From NCBI GenBank assembly GCA_963706595.1, contig OY970166.1, forward strand, positions 4,832,001 to 4,896,000: DNA of 64,000 bases, written 5' to 3'. Under the pieces are notes generated by a model. The model did no database searches. It saw only the letters and a list, made by a program, of their open reading frames with translations, and had not been told where the DNA came from. A program made the translations under genes and the position numbers. This document shows, one piece after another, positions 1 through 11,029 of the stretch. Source of the DNA: an uncultured cyanobacterium. Lineage in GTDB: Bacteria > Cyanobacteriota > Cyanobacteriia > Cyanobacteriales > Nostocaceae. Each line of letters begins with the position of its first letter. Position 1 is the first letter of the stretch.

Positions 1-296
1 CTATGATTAATTTCACCTTTGTTTTGATGCATGGGGTCGCTACTATATTCCAGCCCTATTTCTTTGATGCGTGTAAAGATGGCATCAAACTCTTCATCAC
101 TGACGTGAAAAGCATAATGATGAGAGTCAAATCCTTCTCTGTCAGCAAAATCTAAGGTTAACTTGTCATTGACACGCACAGCCGCAAAATGACCAACCGG
201 AGTATCAAGTTTTAGTCCAAAAATATCTGCAAAAAAGCGTGCCGATTTTTCCTTATCGTATGCTGGGACTATAGTATGGTCTAAGGTAATTGTCAT
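1..296 (-). CDS. VOC/glyoxalase-family protein (3' end runs off window)
   Basis: Read manually, not in ORF track: ATG at 296, MTITLDHTIVPAYDKEKSARFFADIFGL...HHYAFHVSDEEFDAIF, VOC-like; AGGAAGG SD upstream. Confidence 0.8.
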   Translation of the reverse strand, partial: MTITLDHTIVPAYDKEKSARFFADIFGLKLDTPVGHFAAVRVNDKLTLDFADREGFDSHHYAFHVSDEEFDAIFTRIKEIGLEYSSDPMHQNKGEINH

Positions 297-472
297 ATCA
301 CACCTTCCCTTTCTTTGGGTATTACTCTTGCTCAAATCTGTATAAATGGCAAAATCACCACAAATAAACAATCATATTGATAGCCATGAAATCTTAAAGT
401 TTATTTATGCTTAAATTGCCAAAAAACTGATGAATCTTGGTGTAGTATCTCTATTTTAGATCAAAGTCTCCC

Positions 473-575
473 CAATACTTTTCGGAGAAGCACTACCAGC
501 TATCAAATATAGGGCTGAAACCCTTGAAACTTTATCAGTAAAAGTCACTCCAAAAACCTTAACCGAAAAGTATTG
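473..575. mobile_element. MITE with 18-bp TIRs and 10-bp target duplication
   Basis: TIRs caatacttttcggagaag / cttaaccgaaaagtattg; direct repeat AAAGTCTCCC at 463-472 and 576-585. Confidence 0.8.
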
Positions 576-643
576 AAAGTCTCCCCTCTCCTTAGCAAGG
601 AGAGGGGTTGGGGGTGAGGTTCTGTATTCTATTAATCAAAAAG

Positions 644-1360
644 TCATGGTACTAAAGCCAACACCCCCACAGGACAACCCGAACCATCCCGCAACCTCAA
701 CACACCAATCATTAAAGTGCTACCCTTTGCTGGTAGCTGGTGCAAATTCGTGAGATTTTCCAAAATAATCCCTTGCTGTGCTAATACCAGATGGTTAATA
801 CTAAAACTACTATCTTGTCCAGGGTCTACCCCATGAGTATCAATACCTAAACCAGCAATTTCTCTTTGTTCTAAAAGAAACTGAGTTACATCACAGCCAA
901 AGCCGGGAAAGTGCATAATTCCTTCAGCATCTGGGTTAAAAAACGCAGTTTTATCTAACCATTTATCTTGCCAGCCAGTATGAAGTAGCACTAAACTGCC
1001 AGCAGTAATTTCACCGTGTTTTTTCTCCCAAGCGAGAACATCGGCAATAGTCAAGGCGTAATCAGCATTTGCCGTTGCGGCTTCGCAAATATCGATAACT
1101 ACCCCAGGTAATACCAGTGACTCAGCCGAGTATTGGTCAATACCTACCCCGTTTTCGTGAAAACTATTCGGTGCGTTGATATGAGTCGCACTGTGTTCTC
1201 CTAAACTGAAACGCCGCAGGTAATAGCCATCCTGTGGGATGTTAGCGACGGTGGTAAATTCCACTGGGGGATCATCAGGCCATTGGGGAATATCTCTGTC
1301 TATTATATGGCTGAGATGTATGACCCTGGAGTATTTTATGGTGTTTTGATTTGGTTTCAT
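644..1360 (-). CDS. Cyclase family (kynurenine formamidase-like) metal hydrolase
   Basis: GEHSATHINAP, PGF, GIDTHGVD, ILENL motifs. Confidence 0.85.
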   Translation of the reverse strand: MKPNQNTIKYSRVIHLSHIIDRDIPQWPDDPPVEFTTVANIPQDGYYLRRFSLGEHSATHINAPNSFHENGVGIDQYSAESLVLPGVVIDICEAATANADYALTIADVLAWEKKHGEITAGSLVLLHTGWQDKWLDKTAFFNPDAEGIMHFPGFGCDVTQFLLEQREIAGLGIDTHGVDPGQDSSFSINHLVLAQQGIILENLTNLHQLPAKGSTLMIGVLRLRDGSGCPVGVLALVP

Positions 1361-1469
1361 ATATGAAAATATTTATCCAGAATTAGATGATGGGTTTCCG
1401 ATGCACAGAAAGGAGTATAGTTTTTAGAGTTGGCTTTTTACTGAAATTTTAGATTGGAGAATTACATTA

Positions 1470-1796
1470 ATGTCCACTGACACAGTTACTTATGTTGAAG
1501 AAAGTGAATTTGATGCTCTTTTAAGTAATGAAAAAGTTGTTGTTGTTGATTTTACTGCTACTTGGTGTGGTCCCTGTCGTCTTGTGAGTCCGTTAATGGA
1601 ACAACTGGCTGAGGACTACAAAGGTCGCGCTGCTGTGGTGAAGGTAGATATTGATAATAATAAACCGATTTTCAAAAGATTTGCTCTGCGTAGCATTCCG
1701 GCGGTTTTGATGTTCAAGGATGGTGAGTTAGTAGAAACCATTGTGGGAGTTTCTCCTTATGAACAGTTCAGTGGTGCTGTTGATAAGTTGGTGTAG
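1470..1796 (+). CDS. Thioredoxin
   Basis: WCGPC active site, 108 aa. Confidence 0.95.
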   Translation: MSTDTVTYVEESEFDALLSNEKVVVVDFTATWCGPCRLVSPLMEQLAEDYKGRAAVVKVDIDNNKPIFKRFALRSIPAVLMFKDGELVETIVGVSPYEQFSGAVDKLV

Positions 1797-2309
1797 CTGG
1801 TTTCTAATGGTGAAAAAATAGGATATATTCTTGAGGATTAGACGATTTAAAGTTAATTTATTGGAGATTTTGCGCCTTCATTACAACTAACTCTGAATTA
1901 TCTATAAAAGACTACTATGATTGTAGTTTAATTTTTTTGAAAATTACCAAGCTGAGATTCTCGACTTTTTGAACAGGTCGGGAATTTTCTTTAAAAATAC
2001 TTCCAGGATAATTTATATATCAAATATTACATTTTGCTGTGAATGGGAATTGAGGAAAATTTGACTACAATTAATTTAATAATATTCCTGTTATTAAGGG
2101 ACAGCAAGCGAAGAATTAATCCAGGAAATATTCTGTATTTCCTGGGTTTAAAATCCTAGAAACAAGTTAGTTTTTTTGTCCTCATGACCAGTGAACCTAA
2201 TCTAAAGGTGATAAATTTATTAATGATGACCTCATGCCGATATTGGCACATACGTAATTAAATTCGTTGACATCAGCTTATTAACCTGAAATCATAGTTT
2301 TTCGGCAAT

Positions 2310-3533
2310 ATGAAACTAAGTCTCTGCATGATTGTGAAAAATGAAGCCGCCACACTGCCTAAATGTTTGCACAGTGTTCAAGGTGTGGTAGATGAGATGA
2401 TCATACTAGATACCGGTTCAAGCGATCGCACTCCTCATATTGCCCAAGAATTCGGCGCAAAAGTCTATCACTTTCAATGGTGTGATGACTTCAGTGCTGC
2501 CCGGAATGCGGCGCTACAATATGTAACTGGTGATTGGATTTTGGTATTAGATGCTGACGAAACTCTTACGCCCAGTATTGTGCCACAAATGATGTCGGCA
2601 ATTGAAAGTGAAGAATATCTGCTAATTAATCTGGTGCGTCAAGAGGTTGGCGCGGAACAATCTCCCTATTCTCTGGTGTCTCGACTGTTTCGCCACCATC
2701 CCCAGATTCACTTTCAACGCCCCTACCATGCTTTAGTCGATGACAGTGTATTGGCAATTTTAACTCAAGAACCCCAGTGGCAAATTGGTTATTTACAAGG
2801 GTTGGCTATTCTACATAAAGGATATCAGAAAACTGCGATCGCTCAAAATAATAAATATGCCAAAGCCCAAACCACAATGGAAGCATTTCTGGCTACCCAT
2901 CCCAATGACCCATATCTTTGCAGTAAGTTAGGGGCTTTGTATGTGCAGATTGGCAAAATTGACCAAGGGATGAATTTACTGCTCAGAGGACTAAACCAAG
3001 CAAATGCTGTCCATCAAGCAATTACGGCAGCAGCAGAAAACTATGAAATTGTGTACGAATTACACTACCATTTAGGGATTGCTCACAGTCAATTACAAGA
3101 TTCTCAACAGGCTATATCTCATTATCAAGCTGCTATTAAGCTGCCAATTTACCCCATGCTGAAATTAGGAGCATACAACAATTTGGGTAACTTACTCAAA
3201 GCATCTGGCGATGTCAACGGGGCTAAAACTGCTTACGAAACAAGTTTAAAAATTGATCCTAACTTTGTGATGGGACACTATAACTTGGGAATGATCTTCA
3301 AAACTATGGGTTTATTTACCGATGCGATCGCCTGTTACCAAAAAGCCATCCGATGTAATCCCAGCTATGCACCAGCATATCAAAATTTAGGGGTAGTACA
3401 GCTAAAAGTTGGCAATGTTCAAGCAAGTTTAACAGCCTTTCAAAATGCCATCCTACTTTACAAACAACAAAACCCCGCAGAAGCAAACAGATTACGCCAA
3501 GGTTTACTCGACATGGGATTGATCAAATCCTGA
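2310..3533 (+). CDS. Glycosyltransferase family 2 with C-terminal TPRs
   Basis: LSLCMIVKNE, DTGSSD, LDADE; TPR motifs AYNNLG/HYNLG/AYQNLG. Confidence 0.9.
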   Translation: MKLSLCMIVKNEAATLPKCLHSVQGVVDEMIILDTGSSDRTPHIAQEFGAKVYHFQWCDDFSAARNAALQYVTGDWILVLDADETLTPSIVPQMMSAIESEEYLLINLVRQEVGAEQSPYSLVSRLFRHHPQIHFQRPYHALVDDSVLAILTQEPQWQIGYLQGLAILHKGYQKTAIAQNNKYAKAQTTMEAFLATHPNDPYLCSKLGALYVQIGKIDQGMNLLLRGLNQANAVHQAITAAAENYEIVYELHYHLGIAHSQLQDSQQAISHYQAAIKLPIYPMLKLGAYNNLGNLLKASGDVNGAKTAYETSLKIDPNFVMGHYNLGMIFKTMGLFTDAIACYQKAIRCNPSYAPAYQNLGVVQLKVGNVQASLTAFQNAILLYKQQNPAEANRLRQGLLDMGLIKS

Positions 3534-3768
3534 ATGCTGAAGGTTTGCCGGCAATTGCGGGGAAGTTTTTTGATTGTAATTGAAACAACAAACTTACTTC
3601 CTCAGTTTACCAGTGTTATGTATTATTGCGGCTTTTGCAACTCAAATAAAGCATTTCATAATAATTTAATTGCAGCTAACTTATGATTAAATTTACTAAT
3701 TTATTCCCTATTTTGTACCATTATCAGTGTTATGTAAGCAAAAGTAATCGGATTCCAGCATTCAAGTT

Positions 3769-5455
3769 ATGACACTTGTGAATAAAATTCATTTCAGGAA
3801 TCTACGGGGCGACCTGTTTGGCGGCTTAACTGCGGCAATTGTGGCATTACCCCTGGCATTAGCCTTTGGTGTTTCATCAGGTGCTGGAGCGATCGCGGGT
3901 CTCTACGGTGCTATTTTTGTCGGGTTTTTTGCAGCTCTTTTCGGTGGTACGCCCTCCCAAGTTTCTGGCCCGCACAGGCCCCATGACCGTAGTCATGACC
4001 ACAGTTTTTACAATGCTGATTGCTAGACACCCTGAGACTGGACTAGCCATGTCCTTTACAGTGGTGATCTTAGGGGGTCTGTTTCAGATTCTCTTTGGGG
4101 TGCTGCGACTAGGACAATACATCACCCTCATGCCCTACACCGTGATTTCCGGTTTCATGTCTGGCGTTGGGATAATTATTATCCTGTTGCAAATAGAACC
4201 TTTTCTCGGTTACGAAACCACAGGAGGGGTGTGGGGTGTACTGCGACAGTTACCTGTTGACTTGAGTGATCCCAAACCAGCAGCTTTAGGACTAGGTTTG
4301 CTGGCCTTGGTAATTGTATTTACTGCACCACCTCAGCTGAACCGCATTCTTCCAGCCCCATTACTGGCATTAATAGTCGGGACAGTTGTATCAGTAGTAT
4401 TTCTAGGGAATAATCCTGATATTAGTCGCATTGGCTCGTTTCCTACAGGATTACCCACCCCACGAGTTCCAGTGTTTGCCCTGAGTGATTTCAAGGATAT
4501 GATGTTTTATGGGCTGATGCTGGGGGTGTTGGGATCGATTGACTCACTGTTGACTTCCCTGGTAGCAGATAATATTACCCGCACCCAGCATAATTCTGAT
4601 CAAGAATTGATTGGTCAAGGTATTGGTAACTGCATCTCTGGGCTATTTGGGGGTTTACCCGGTGCTGGAGCCACCATGCGGACAGTGACTAATGTCCAAG
4701 CTGGAGGGCGTTCGGCTTTATCGGGGATATTTCATGCTTTGGTATTGCTGATTATTACCTTATGGGCGCGTCCTTTAACTACAGTCATTCCCCACGCAGT
4801 ACCTAGCAGGAATTTTACTCAAGGTGGGGATTGATATCATTGATTGGGGATTTATCAAACGAGCGCATCGAATTTCCCTAAAAACAACGGGTTTGATGTA
4901 TGCGGTGATGTTACTGACGGTATTTGTTGATTTAATTACCGCAGTTGCTGTGGGGGTGTTTGTGGCTAACTTGTTAACCGTTAAGAATTTAACAGATTTA
5001 CAAAGCGATCGCGTCAAGGCAAGTACAGAAGTCACAAATGAACTCAGACTGACTCCAGAAGAACAGGATCTGCTCACCAGAGCTAGAGGCGGATCTTATT
5101 GTTTCAGTTAGGCGGGCCAATGAGCTTTGGGGCGGCAAAAGTCATTTCCCAGCGCATGGCTATTGTGAAGGATTATACAGTGTTGCTTTTAGATATGAGT
5201 GATGTCTCATTATTAGGAGTCACAGCAGCGCTGGCTATTGAGACAATGGTAGAAGATGCTGTGGCTAAAAATCGTCATGTGTTTCTGGTTGGAGCCACAG
5301 GAACTGTAGAAAAGCGAATCAAAAAGTTACAGCTTTTGCAACGGTTTTCTCTGGTTTATCAAGTGGAAAATCGGTTTCAGGCTCTGGAATCTGCTTTAGA
5401 GTTAATTTTGTCAGCTACACCAGATCAACAATTTGTCAACCAGGATGTGGAGTAA
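3769..5455 (+). pseudogene. BicA-like SulP/STAS anion (bicarbonate) transporter broken by three frameshifts
   Basis: Four consecutive ORFs (3769-4026, 3866-4834, 4824-5111, 5099-5455) reconstruct one ~561-aa SulP (NLRGDLFGGLTAAIVALPLALAFG...GATMRT...STAS); single-base indels at ~3973 (+1), ~4802 (+1), ~5090 (-1). Confidence 0.8.
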
Positions 5456-5556
5456 GAGCAACAAAGATTTTCTGGAGAGATCGCGATCGCCAGTCGAGAA
5501 AAGTTGGTATAACAGGGTGAATTAACAGATTGTTTAGCGATCGCTCAAACTGACTT

Positions 5557-6360
5557 ATGGATGCTTCTGAGTTATTAGAAACAATTACACACCTGATTTC
5601 CCAAGCCGAACAAGGCGACATTGATCCTTGGGATGTGCAAGTAATTGAGGTGATTGACCGTTACCTAGAACTCATGGCACCGGAGGCCAACGCTAGAAGC
5701 TATGAGTCAGACTTGTCGCAATCAGGACAAGCTTTTTTGTCAGCATCAATGCTGGTGTTATTCAAAGCCAACACTTTGATGCAATTATCTACAATCGGCG
5801 ACGCACAAGACGATTTAGCTGATGATGCCCTCTGTGCAAATGAAGATGGGTTATTACATCATGCTCATCGTCTGCAATTAGAGCGACACCTGCGCCGCCG
5901 TCCTTCAGCAATGCCACCGCCAAAGCGCCGTGTGACGCTGCAAGAGTTAATCAAGCAATTGCAGATTATGGCGAACCAGCTCCAACTTGTTCAAAGATCC
6001 AGCAAACCTATTCGCCCCAAGCGTCAGCCCAGCGCCCAAAATATGCGCCAGACCCTAGAGTTAGCTCACCAGGAGAATCTGACAGAAGTAGCTGGGGAAT
6101 TAGAGCAAGTGTTGCATTGTTCCGCAAAAGAGCTATTGCTAGCACAAAAAAATTGTGTGAATCTAGAACAACTGGTAGAATTGTGGACTCAAACAAAGCA
6201 ACCACATTCAAAGAATCCTCCCCATGAATCAGAAAATAGCCACATAATTAGTGTTTTTTGGGCGCTACTACTGCTTTCATCTCAATCTAAAGTCGAGTTA
6301 TTGCAAGACGAGTTTTACCAGGAAATTAAAATTCGGTTACTTACAGATTTAGCCAATTGA
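5557..6360 (+). CDS. scpA: Segregation/condensation protein A
   Basis: IDPWDVQVIEVIDRYL, RRVTLQELI, FWALLLLSSQSKVEL motifs. Confidence 0.85.
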   Translation: MDASELLETITHLISQAEQGDIDPWDVQVIEVIDRYLELMAPEANARSYESDLSQSGQAFLSASMLVLFKANTLMQLSTIGDAQDDLADDALCANEDGLLHHAHRLQLERHLRRRPSAMPPPKRRVTLQELIKQLQIMANQLQLVQRSSKPIRPKRQPSAQNMRQTLELAHQENLTEVAGELEQVLHCSAKELLLAQKNCVNLEQLVELWTQTKQPHSKNPPHESENSHIISVFWALLLLSSQSKVELLQDEFYQEIKIRLLTDLAN

Positions 6361-6710
6361 CACTACCTTTGCTCAAATAGACATTAGCTGAAAATAAAAT
6401 ATGCGTGACCTTAAACCTTTGTAGATAAATTCTATAGAACGTCTCTACATTCTGTCCTCTTCTCCCCTGCACCCTGCCCCCTGCCCCCCTGCCTCTTTTG
6501 ACATCCCCGGCAGGTAGAAAACCGGGAAATTACACAAATTGGTTAAAATTATAATCGGTTACTTGTCATCTGGTCATCCTCAAGGGTTGCAATAAAGAGC
6601 AAATTCCTGTTATCCCTGTTTTTAGGCGTTACTTAGACCAGAAATTCAAACTGATGATTAAGTATCACTCAATAAAAGTAAACTGGCTTGTGTTTGAGGA
6701 ATAAAATTTT

Positions 6711-7880
6711 ATGAAAGCCATGATTCTCGCGGCGGGTAAGGGTACTCGTGTGCGTCCCATTACCTATACAATTCCCAAACCGATGATTCCTATCCTGCAA
6801 AAGCCAGTGATGGAATTCCTCCTGGAACTTTTGCGCCAACATGGATTTAACCAAATTATGGTCAATGTTAGCCATTTGGCGGAGGAAATAGAAAACTATT
6901 TTCGTGACGGTCAACGGTTTGGCGTAGAAATTGCTTATTCTTTTGAAGGCAAAATTGATGATGACGGTAAACTGGTGGGAGAAGCCATTGGTTCGGCTGG
7001 TGGAATGCGGCGTATCCAAGACTTTTCACCATTCTTTGATGATACTTTTGTAGTTTTGTGTGGTGATGCGCTCATTGACTTAGATTTATCTGCGGCTGTG
7101 AAGTGGCATAAATCTAAAGGGTCAATTGCCACCATCATTACTAAATCTGTCCCTCTGGAAGAGGTTTCCAGTTATGGTGTGGTAGTCACTGACGAAGATA
7201 GTCGCGTTATAGATTTCCAAGAAAAACCCTCGCAAGAGGAAGCTATTAGTACCAACATCAACACTGGTATTTATATTTTTGAGCCAGAAGTGTTTGAGTA
7301 CATACCTGCTGAGGTTGAATATGACATTGGTAGCCAGTTATTTCCCAAATTGGTAGAGGTTGGCGCGCCTTTCTACGCCATTGCCATGGACTTTGAATGG
7401 GTAGATATTGGTAAAGTCCCAGACTACTGGCGGGCAATTAAAGGCGTACTGCGAGGCGATATTAAAAATGTGCAAATTCCCGGTAACGAAGTCGCCCCTG
7501 GTATCTACACTGGCTTAAATGTGGCGGTGAATTGGGACAAGGTGGATATCACCGGACCAGTATACATTGGTGGCATGACGAGGATTGAAGACGGTGCTAA
7601 AATTGTTGGTCCGGCGATGATTGGCCCTAATTGCTGGATCTGCAATGGCGCAACAGTGGAGAACAGTGTAATTTTTGAATGGTCGCGATTAGGACCAGGA
7701 GTCAGACTGGTTGATAAGTTAGTATTTGGTCGTTATTGCGTAGATAAAACGGGTGATGCCATAGACGTTCAAGCTGCTGCTTTAGATTGGCTGATTACTG
7801 ATGCGCGTCAGACTCCGCCATCTGAAACACCTTTTGAACGGCAAGCGATTGAGGATTTGCTGGGGACGAATGTAATTTAG
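6711..7880 (+). CDS. NDP-sugar pyrophosphorylase (CugP / mannose-1-P guanylyltransferase-like)
   Basis: MKAMILAAGKGTRVRP..PKPM, FQEKP, C-terminal hexapeptide repeats. Confidence 0.88.
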   Translation: MKAMILAAGKGTRVRPITYTIPKPMIPILQKPVMEFLLELLRQHGFNQIMVNVSHLAEEIENYFRDGQRFGVEIAYSFEGKIDDDGKLVGEAIGSAGGMRRIQDFSPFFDDTFVVLCGDALIDLDLSAAVKWHKSKGSIATIITKSVPLEEVSSYGVVVTDEDSRVIDFQEKPSQEEAISTNINTGIYIFEPEVFEYIPAEVEYDIGSQLFPKLVEVGAPFYAIAMDFEWVDIGKVPDYWRAIKGVLRGDIKNVQIPGNEVAPGIYTGLNVAVNWDKVDITGPVYIGGMTRIEDGAKIVGPAMIGPNCWICNGATVENSVIFEWSRLGPGVRLVDKLVFGRYCVDKTGDAIDVQAAALDWLITDARQTPPSETPFERQAIEDLLGTNVI

Positions 7881-8160
7881 GGGAATAGGGAGTGGGGAGT
7901 GGGGAGTGGGGAGTGGGGAGTAGATAAGAGGAACGGGGGCAGGGGGCAGGGTGCAGGGGAGAAGAGGAACGGGGGCAGGGGGTAGGGTGCAGGGGAACGG
8001 TTGTAGGGAGTAGGGTGCAGGGGATAAGAAGAACGGTTGTTAAGTCGCAAAAGTGTAAAGTAATTTCCAACTCCCCCTTGCTCCCTGCTCCCTGCACCCC
8101 TGCCTCTTTATTCCCCCCTGCACCCTGCCCCCTGCCTCTTCTATCCCTGCCTCTTCTCCC
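7880..8160. repeat. STRR-type short tandem repeats between convergent genes
   Basis: (GGGGAGT)n, (GGGGCAG/GGGTGCA)n and their complements. Confidence 0.85.
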
Positions 8161-10176
8161 TTAGCTATTTAGATACGTATATCTTCCTAGACTCTGCTCG
8201 TAGGTTTGTAGCAGGCGCTGAGATTCAGCTAGGGTGATGTGTTTTTCTTCTAAGGCTTTCTCACAACGCTGACGGATATTTTCTACCATATCTTCAGAGT
8301 CATACTGCACATAGCTGACAACTTCGCTCATGGTGTCACCTTTGACGATGTGTTGAATTTGGTAGCCTTTGGGTGTCAATTGGATATGAACTGCGTTGGT
8401 ATTACCAAACAAGTTGTGCAAATTGCCCATGATTTCTTGATACGCTCCATTCAGGAACATCCCCAGATAATAGGGTGCTTCTGGCTTGAAGGTGTGCAGT
8501 TCTAAAACTGATTTGACATCGCGCAGGTCAATAAAGCGGTCGATTTTGCCATCACTATCACAGGTGAGGTCTGCTAAAATTCCTCTGCGTATGGGTTCTT
8601 CGTCTAGGCGATGTATAGGCATGATGGGGAATAGTTGGTCTATTGCCCAACAATCTGGTGCTGATTGAAACACGGAAAGGTTAATGTAATAAATGGAAGC
8701 CATAATCTTTTCTAGGTCTTCCAATTCATCAGGTACGTATTCCTGCTGTCTAGTGATATTGAGGATTTTTTGACAGCAAGCCCAGTAAAGTCGCTCGGCT
8801 TTGGCTCGTTCTTCGAGGCGTAGGATTCCTAGATTGAATCGGCTGATGGCTTCTTCTTTAAATTGGGCTGCGTCGTGGTAAAATTCTTGGTAATTATCTT
8901 GGTTGATGGATTGGTACGTTTCCCACAAGTATTTGATCACTGGGGATTCTTCTTCTTGTGGGGGTTCTGGTAATTCTAGCGGCACATCGCTAGTACTGAG
9001 AACATCGAAAATGAGTACAGACTGGTGGGAGGCGATCGCTCTTCCACTTTCGCTAATCAGTGTTGGTACGGTAATCTGTTTCTCTGCACAGGTATCTTTT
9101 AACTCGGCTACGATGTCGTTAGCATAGTTTTGCATATTGTAGTTTTTCGAGGCGTAGAAGTTGGTTTGGGAACCGTCGTAATCTACACCCAAGCCACCGC
9201 CAACATCCAGGTATTTCATATCCGCCCCCAGTAGGGCTAATTCTACGTAGATGCGGCTGGCTTCTTGAATGGCATCTTTAATCACATTGATGGCTGAGAT
9301 TTGGGAGCCAATATGGAAGTGCATCAACTGCAAACAATCGAGTAAATTAGCTTCGCGGAGTTTGTTCACAGCCCCCATGATTTCGGGAATTGTCAAACCA
9401 AACTTAGCGCGATCGCCTGTGGATGTTCCCCAGCGTCCCATCCCTTGGGTACTTAATTTGGCGCGAACTCCGACAATGGGTTTAATGCCTAACTGACGGT
9501 GTGCCGCAATCACCAAATCGACTTCCTCAACCTGTTCTATCACGATGATTGAGGTTTGCCCTAGTCTTTGGGCTAACATTGCCGTTTCGATGTATTCCCG
9601 GTCTTTGTAGCCGTTGCAAATCAGCAATGCGCCTGGTGTATCCAACAAGGCTAGAGCAATCATTAATTCCGGCTTAGAACCGGCTTCTAAGCCAAATTGA
9701 TGCGGTTTGCCAAATTTGACTAAATCTTCGATTAAATGGCGTTCTTGGTTGCACTTGACAGGAAACACGCCACGATACACGCCTGGGTAGTTATAGCGGG
9801 CGATCGCTTTGTTAAAACAAGCATTCAACCGCTCAATCCGGTCTTCCAAAATATCGGAGAAGCGAATTAACATCGGTAGTCCCAAGTTACGCTGCTTCAA
9901 GGCGTTGACTAATTCAAACAAGTCTAGCGAACCACCGCGATCGCCCTTGGGAGAAACGGTAATATGACCAGCAGCGTTAATGGAGAAATATGGCTCTCCC
10001 CAGCCTTCTATCCGGTATAAGGCTTCGCTATCCTCAATTTTCCAAGACCCAGGCAAACCTCCTGTAATATTACTAGGTGGTAGCAGCTTTTTTTGCTTGT
10101 GATTTTTCAATTCCGATTTATGTCCATTGGAAGGCATGACTACCTCTTCAGATGTAGCAGTTGATTCAGCACCCAT
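8161..10176 (-). CDS. speA: Biosynthetic arginine decarboxylase
   Basis: FPVKCNQ PLP lysine, HFHIGSQ, DVGGGLG, LTCDSDG; ATG at 10176 preferred to 10203. Confidence 0.95.
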   Translation of the reverse strand: MGAESTATSEEVVMPSNGHKSELKNHKQKKLLPPSNITGGLPGSWKIEDSEALYRIEGWGEPYFSINAAGHITVSPKGDRGGSLDLFELVNALKQRNLGLPMLIRFSDILEDRIERLNACFNKAIARYNYPGVYRGVFPVKCNQERHLIEDLVKFGKPHQFGLEAGSKPELMIALALLDTPGALLICNGYKDREYIETAMLAQRLGQTSIIVIEQVEEVDLVIAAHRQLGIKPIVGVRAKLSTQGMGRWGTSTGDRAKFGLTIPEIMGAVNKLREANLLDCLQLMHFHIGSQISAINVIKDAIQEASRIYVELALLGADMKYLDVGGGLGVDYDGSQTNFYASKNYNMQNYANDIVAELKDTCAEKQITVPTLISESGRAIASHQSVLIFDVLSTSDVPLELPEPPQEEESPVIKYLWETYQSINQDNYQEFYHDAAQFKEEAISRFNLGILRLEERAKAERLYWACCQKILNITRQQEYVPDELEDLEKIMASIYYINLSVFQSAPDCWAIDQLFPIMPIHRLDEEPIRRGILADLTCDSDGKIDRFIDLRDVKSVLELHTFKPEAPYYLGMFLNGAYQEIMGNLHNLFGNTNAVHIQLTPKGYQIQHIVKGDTMSEVVSYVQYDSEDMVENIRQRCEKALEEKHITLAESQRLLQTYEQSLGRYTYLNS

Positions 10177-10391
10177 TTGTCGTGACCTCTGTATTGCACC
10201 CACGAATTAACAATTTAACGCATTCGACTTGCAACGGATCTACACTCAAACAGAATTTCTGAGATAAACTCTGATTGGTCAGTAGTCATTGGTCATTTGT
10301 CATTTGTCAATGGTGTGAAATCTCCAAAACAAGAGGCAAAGGATCACAACTATGACCAGATAAAAAACGTATTAAGTTTTGGGAGATAGCT

Positions 10392-10841
10392 TTGGAACGC
10401 ACATTTTTAGCAATTAAACCTGATGGTGTACAGCGTGGACTGGTAGCGGAAATCATCCGTCGCTATGAAACTAAAGGTTTTACCCTCGTGGGCTTGAAAT
10501 TCATGAAAGTCAGCCGCGAGTTGGCTGAACAGCATTATGATGTTCACAAGGAACGACCATTTTTTCCCAGTTTAGTGGACTTTATCACCTCTGGTCCCGT
10601 AGTCGCGATGGTTTGGGAAGGTGACGGCGTTGTGGCTTCTGCGAGAAAAATTATTGGTGCTACTAACCCTTTAACGGCAGAACCTGGAACCATTCGGGGC
10701 GATTTTGGCATTAATATTGGCCGCAATCTGATCCACGGGTCTGATGGTTTGGAAACTGCACACAGAGAAATAGCTTTGTGGTTTAAAGAGGAAGAATTGG
10801 TCAATTGGGAACCAAATTTAAAACCTTGGTTGCAAGAATAA
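10392..10841 (+). CDS. ndk: Nucleoside diphosphate kinase (TTG start)
   Basis: [23 protein letters not shown]. Confidence 0.97.
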   Translation: MERTFLAIKPDGVQRGLVAEIIRRYETKGFTLVGLKFMKVSRELAEQHYDVHKERPFFPSLVDFITSGPVVAMVWEGDGVVASARKIIGATNPLTAEPGTIRGDFGINIGRNLIHGSDGLETAHREIALWFKEEELVNWEPNLKPWLQE

Positions 10842-10852
10842 TTTAAGCGATG

Positions 10853-10995
10853 GATTTAAGACGCGATGAATTTAAGACGCGATGAATTTAAGACGCGATG
10901 AATTCAAGACGCGATGAATTCAAGACGCGATGAATTCAAGACGCGATGAATTCAAGACGCGATGAATTCAAGACGCGATGAATCGCGTCTCTACA
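10853..10995. repeat. 8 x 16-bp tandem repeat ending in a palindromic dispersed repeat
   Basis: AATT(C/T)AAGACGCGATG x8 followed by AATCGCGTCTCTACA. Confidence 0.9.
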
Positions 10996-11029
10996 AGGGG
11001 GTGGGGTACTTCACGTCCCTCACCTTACC

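Noticed and set aside
7795..8097. 100-aa minus-strand ORF (also 23611-23802, 38445-38684, 63628-63843)
   Set aside because: Translations of STRR tandem repeats
10853..10980. Possible CRISPR array
   Set aside because: Head-to-tail 16-mers with no spacers
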